A model generated the notes under the pieces. That model was given only the letters and a program-made list of their open reading frames with translations, was not told where the DNA came from and did not search any database. This document shows, piece by piece, positions 28,284-32,000 of a stretch of DNA of 32,000 bases (position 1 is its first letter; each line of letters opens with the position of its first letter). Source of the DNA: Wolbachia endosymbiont strain TRS of Brugia malayi (GTDB taxonomy: Bacteria; Pseudomonadota; Alphaproteobacteria; Rickettsiales; Anaplasmataceae); NCBI RefSeq assembly GCF_000008385.1, contig NC_006833.1, forward strand, positions 570,001 through 602,000, read 5' to 3'. The position numbers and the translations under genes were made by a program.

Positions 28284-28511
28284 TTAAGCAACGAACATCA
28301 ATAACATTGCAAGAACAAACGCGAGCAACCCCGTAAATTCAACCATACCAGCACCAACATAAACGTAAATTTTCATTTTACCTTCCGATTCAGGGTTTCT
28401 TGCAAGCCCACTTAGCATAGTAGAAAATATATTTGCTACACCAAGACCTGCCCCAAGTATGCCAAGTACGCTTAAACCAATCGCTATAAACTTTAAAGCT
28501 ACTAAATCCAT
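28284..28511 (-). CDS. atpE: ATP synthase F0 subunit c
   Basis: 75 aa. A two-helix hairpin with polar loop GLARNPE and the carboxylate in GAGMVEFTGL. Confidence 0.93.
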   Translation of the reverse strand: MDLVALKFIAIGLSVLGILGAGLGVANIFSTMLSGLARNPESEGKMKIYVYVGAGMVEFTGLLAFVLAMLLMFVA

Positions 28512-28571
28512 ATATCACCTTTAACTATTTCTTTAATGTATTAATTATAAAATATTCTAGAGAAAAGTCAA

Positions 28572-29297
28572 TTACTTTACTGCATCCGATAAATATATAC
28601 ACGTTAATATAGTAAATATATAAGCTTGTAGAATTGCAACAAACACTTCAAATCCTATTAGTGCAATTATAAACAAAAACGGTATAGGGGTTAGAATCAA
28701 ATGCATATTCATAATAAACCCTGCTACTACTTTGATAATTGTATGACCCGCAATCATGTTTGCAGCAAGCCTTATTGATAAGCTTATAGGCCTTGCCAGG
28801 TAAGCAAATAGCTTAATAAAAACCATCATGGGTGCAAGCCATGATGGGATACCTTCCGGTAACAGTATGCGTAAAAAATTTATTCCCTTTTCTTTGAATC
28901 CAACAATTGTTGTATAAGTAAAAACTATCATTGATAGGGCAAAAGTAACTATCACATGACTTGTAACTGTAAAACTATAAGGAAGCATACCAACCAAATT
29001 ACACGACAAAGTAAAAGTAAATACTGTGAATACCAACGGAATGTGCTTTAGGCCTTTGCTTCCAGTATTACTTTCTATTATGGAAGTAATAAAATCATAT
29101 ACGTACTCAACCGCAGCTTGCAAATAGCCTGGTATTACTGCCCCTTTTCTTACCCCCAAGAGCAAGAAAAGTATAACCGATACTACTGAAATCATCATAA
29201 AAAGGGATGAGTTGGTAAAATTTATGTCATGCCCAAATAATTTAGGTAACTCTACTATTGTATGTATTTTAAACTGTTCTAGCGGATTTAACGCCAT
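28572..29297 (-). CDS. atpB: ATP synthase F0 subunit a
   Basis: 241 aa. Polytopic, with the conserved Arg segment [16 protein letters not shown]. Confidence 0.93.
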   Translation of the reverse strand: MALNPLEQFKIHTIVELPKLFGHDINFTNSSLFMMISVVSVILFLLLGVRKGAVIPGYLQAAVEYVYDFITSIIESNTGSKGLKHIPLVFTVFTFTLSCNLVGMLPYSFTVTSHVIVTFALSMIVFTYTTIVGFKEKGINFLRILLPEGIPSWLAPMMVFIKLFAYLARPISLSIRLAANMIAGHTIIKVVAGFIMNMHLILTPIPFLFIIALIGFEVFVAILQAYIFTILTCIYLSDAVK

Positions 29298-29445
29298 TTT
29301 TTGATCCTATAGACTTAGATTATAATAGTAAATAAAGTACTAATTTTATAGGATGAAGTCAAGAGTTAAGATAGTACAGGGCCATATAATACTAAACTTC
29401 TTGCAAACCATATAGTTTTTGCCTGGCCATCATTTAGGTAGCTCG

Positions 29446-29761
29446 AAAAACTACTTGACAAACCTCGCAGCCCCATAGCATTGAAGGTATTTAGTTACCT
29501 TCAATCTGTGCAGATTAAATGACAAAGTATTACGTAGTTGGCGTCTTATATTTAATTTTTTACACCATATGTACCTCATGTCTTCACAACTTTTCTAAAG
29601 TTTTTACCTATATAAGCTGAAATGCGCTTATAAAGCATTTAAGACAGTATAAAATGCCAATTTGCAGGATTAGAGAGTAAACACTATCTACCACTGGATA
29701 TCTTTTGCCTTTTTTCCCACTTAGTAAACTCCTTAAATATCTATAGCTAAAGCAATTTAAG
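29446..29761 (-). repeat. Copy C (inverted) of the ~310-bp non-coding dispersed repeat
   Basis: The reverse complement is collinear with copy A and is the closest pair by eye. It contains a perfect 10-bp stem attgaaggta (29480-29489) / taccttcaat (29496-29505). It lies about 150 bp upstream of the atpB start. Confidence 0.9.
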
Positions 29762-30279
29762 AGTAGCAGCGCTATAAAAAACGCCAATATTTAAAATAAT
29801 AACTATTTGTCTCTTTTTCTAGGTTATGTAAGAAGCCTGTTAGTGATTAGTAAAATGTATACTAGAGTGCTGATTGCAGTTGTGCTGTATTTTAAAATTT
29901 AATAACTTTACTAAATTATTAAATAACTTTACTTTACACGTTATCTTATTTATAATTTAATTTTTTAGTAAGATATATCATGAATAAAATAAATTTTATT
30001 AATATTAATCAATCTTTAAATTTAGAACAGGAATTTGACAATGGACACATCAAGCTAACGGATAGTTCCTCTAACGAATATATTGGCTATTCCAAAGTGG
30101 AAAGTAAAATACTAGTGAAAGCCATGACATAATAGAAAACTTAACTATTGATGGTTACATCTACAATTTCCATGAAGACAATCATAATATAAATCTTGAG
30201 TACTATATGGGTATAGATTTAAAAAGTGATATAAACAAAATTCCTTCTCTTTGAAAAGATACATAATCACATATGTAAA

Positions 30280-30308
30280 CTTCTCTATTGTTTCTTGCAA
30301 TAGAGAAG
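30280..30308. other. Perfect 11-bp inverted repeat (stem-loop) 72 bp upstream of pheT
   Basis: cttctctattg (30280-30290), 7-nt spacer tttcttg, caatagagaag (30298-30308). No clear U-tract follows on either strand, so its function (terminator or operator) is open. Confidence 0.4.
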
Positions 30309-30380
30309 TCATTTACTACAACAAACTTTAAAAGCATTATATTTTATATTACAATAACTTTTTTGTCTCTTTAAAGATTC

Positions 30381-32000
30381 ATGAGATTTACATTATCTTG
30401 GTTACTAGAGCACTTAGAAACGAATGCTAGTTTAGAAGAAATCACTGATAAGTTAACTCATATAGGGTTAGAAGTAAAAGATGTGGTTGACAATACCAAA
30501 TTAGCTGGATTCATTGTTGCAAAAGTGTTGGAAGTCACACCTCATCCAAATGTTGATAAGTTAAAGCTGTGTAAAGTAGATAATGGAAGTAAAATCTTAC
30601 AAATAGTCTGTGGGGCAAATAACGTTAGAGAAGGCTTGAAGACTGTACTTGCATCTCTTGGCAGCACATTGCCAGAAAGTAATTTCACAATTAAGCCCAC
30701 AAAAATACGAGGGGTGCTAAGTGAAGGAATACTCTGTTCCGCTTCTGAGCTTATGCTGGCTCAAGAGAAAAGTAAAGGAATAATTGAACTCTCTGATGAT
30801 TATAAAGTGGGGAATAAATTTTTCAATTGTGATCCTGTAATCGATATAAATGTCACCACAAATCGTGGAGATTGCCTGAGTGTACATGGAATAGCTCGAG
30901 ACTTGGCAGCAACTGGAATTGGAACATTAAATTCCTTAATTTATTCTAGCGCCATTCCAGCTCATGATACTGGAATCCAAGATAGATCCAAGTCTGGAAT
31001 GACAAGGAGCTCTTCTATAAATGTTAAGGTCATCGATGGTGAGAGCTTTATTAGTGGAGTATACATTTCCAATGTGAGAAATAAGGAGAGCCCAAGATGG
31101 TTAAAAGATAGGCTGGAATCAGTAGGAATGCGTTCCATTTCTGCAATAGTTGATATTACTAACTATATTATGATGTCCTTTGGTCGCCCGATGCATGCGT
31201 ATGATGCGAAAAAAATAGAAGGGAAACTCATAGTACGCAAAGCAAACAATGGAGAAAAATTTACTGGTTTAAATGGTAAAGAGTACTTATTAAATAATGA
31301 TATAAGCGTTATTTCTGATAATAATAATATTCACGCAATTGCTGGAATTATAGGCGGTAAGTGCAGTAAATGTACACTTGAAACTACTGATGTCTTTTTA
31401 GAATCTGCTTGGTTTAATCCTATCTCTGTTACTAAATCTTCAAGGCAACTCAATATTTCCACAGACTCAAGTTACAGATTTGCACGTTCAGTTGATCCTG
31501 GATTTATTCTTGATGGGCTCCATTTTGCAGCTCAGATGATTGTTGATTTGTGTGGTGGAAAAGCCTCAAACGTAGTGTTTGCTGGCAGTTTGGATGAGGC
31601 TGATACCAAGGTGAGTTTTGATTATCAAGATGTAAACAAGTTTGGAAGTGTGTCTGTATTGCCTGACGAGATGTTTGATATCTTAACAAAATTAGGATTT
31701 AGCACTGATAAAAAAACTGAGAATAATTGGAATGTAAAAGTACCAAGCTGGAGATCGGATGTTACCATACCTGCTGACCTAGTTGAAGAGGTAGTAAGAA
31801 TATATGGATATGATAAAATAAAAGAGGAACCACTAATAGACAACGTTGAGGTAGAAATTAATACACACGATAACTTGCGTGTTTTGATGATAAGCAGAGG
31901 ATTTCATGAAGTGTTCACTTGGTCATTTATGAGTGAATCGATAGCTGAAAAATTTGGCTACTCAAATAAGTTATTTATCATCGACAATCCATTTAATAAT
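30381..32000 (+). CDS. pheT: Phenylalanyl-tRNA synthetase beta subunit (5' 540 codons; continues beyond the window)
   Basis: I translated this by hand from the ATG at 30381 and found no stop to the end of the window. [12 protein letters not shown]..., tRNA-binding domain [48 protein letters not shown]3/4 domain [40 protein letters not shown]5 region [24 protein letters not shown]. It is absent from the ORF track because the frame is open-ended. Confidence 0.93.
   Translation, partial: MRFTLSWLLEHLETNASLEEITDKLTHIGLEVKDVVDNTKLAGFIVAKVLEVTPHPNVDKLKLCKVDNGSKILQIVCGANNVREGLKTVLASLGSTLPESNFTIKPTKIRGVLSEGILCSASELMLAQEKSKGIIELSDDYKVGNKFFNCDPVIDINVTTNRGDCLSVHGIARDLAATGIGTLNSLIYSSAIPAHDTGIQDRSKSGMTRSSSINVKVIDGESFISGVYISNVRNKESPRWLKDRLESVGMRSISAIVDITNYIMMSFGRPMHAYDAKKIEGKLIVRKANNGEKFTGLNGKEYLLNNDISVISDNNNIHAIAGIIGGKCSKCTLETTDVFLESAWFNPISVTKSSRQLNISTDSSYRFARSVDPGFILDGLHFAAQMIVDLCGGKASNVVFAGSLDEADTKVSFDYQDVNKFGSVSVLPDEMFDILTKLGFSTDKKTENNWNVKVPSWRSDVTIPADLVEEVVRIYGYDKIKEEPLIDNVEVEINTHDNLRVLMISRGFHEVFTWSFMSESIAEKFGYSNKLFIIDNPFNN

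Noticed and set aside
31504-31843. Minus-strand ORFs 31504-31689 and 31625-31843
   Set aside because: They are antisense to pheT, which I translated without a stop from 30381 to the end of the window.
1-32000. Scan for CRISPR arrays, rRNA or tRNA genes, intact IS elements or transposases, and prophage structural genes
   Set aside because: I found no regularly spaced short direct repeats, no tRNA T-arm/acceptor patterns, no rRNA-like conserved blocks, and no intact transposase or integrase ORF. Only decayed mobile-element-related fragments are present.

Overview
AT-rich chromosomal segment. Its gene content, ankyrin-repeat proteins and short palindromic repeats look like Wolbachia or a close Anaplasmataceae relative; this is recognition by eye, not a database search. 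Intact housekeeping genes: lysC, a TerC-family membrane protein, guaA, two gltX paralogues, pyrC, sdhA, dapD, a DUF185/NDUFAF7-type methyltransferase, pccA, ctaA, the ATP synthase F0 cluster atpB-atpE-atpF2-atpF, and the 5' 540 codons of pheT. pheT is missing from the ORF track because it runs off the window. Between these lie at least five decayed genes: folC, an Rpn/PD-(D/E)XK putative transposase, a DUF1016/YhcG-type PD-(D/E)XK nuclease, a DUF2924-like fragment, and a family-2 glycosyltransferase. There are also two ankyrin-repeat proteins that share a C-terminal two-helix membrane anchor, one of them 1108 aa with recent internal duplications. I found no rRNA, tRNA, CRISPR array, intact IS or prophage, and no convincing multi-gene novel system. 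The most interesting unexplained signals are: (1) a ~310-bp non-coding repeat in three dispersed copies (6831-7146 +, 20127-20432 +, 29446-29761 -) with a hairpin kept by compensatory and wobble changes; (2) a ~31-nt palindromic unit family (WPE/RPE-like) forming a ~275-bp in-frame, stop-free insertion in the methyltransferase gene, with smaller traces inside pheT and in the spacer upstream of sdhA; (3) a tightly coupled (TAG-ATG) pair of small unknown-function genes at 18141-18797; (4) the modular ankyrin/TM proteins. All homology calls come from reading motifs by eye and need search confirmation.
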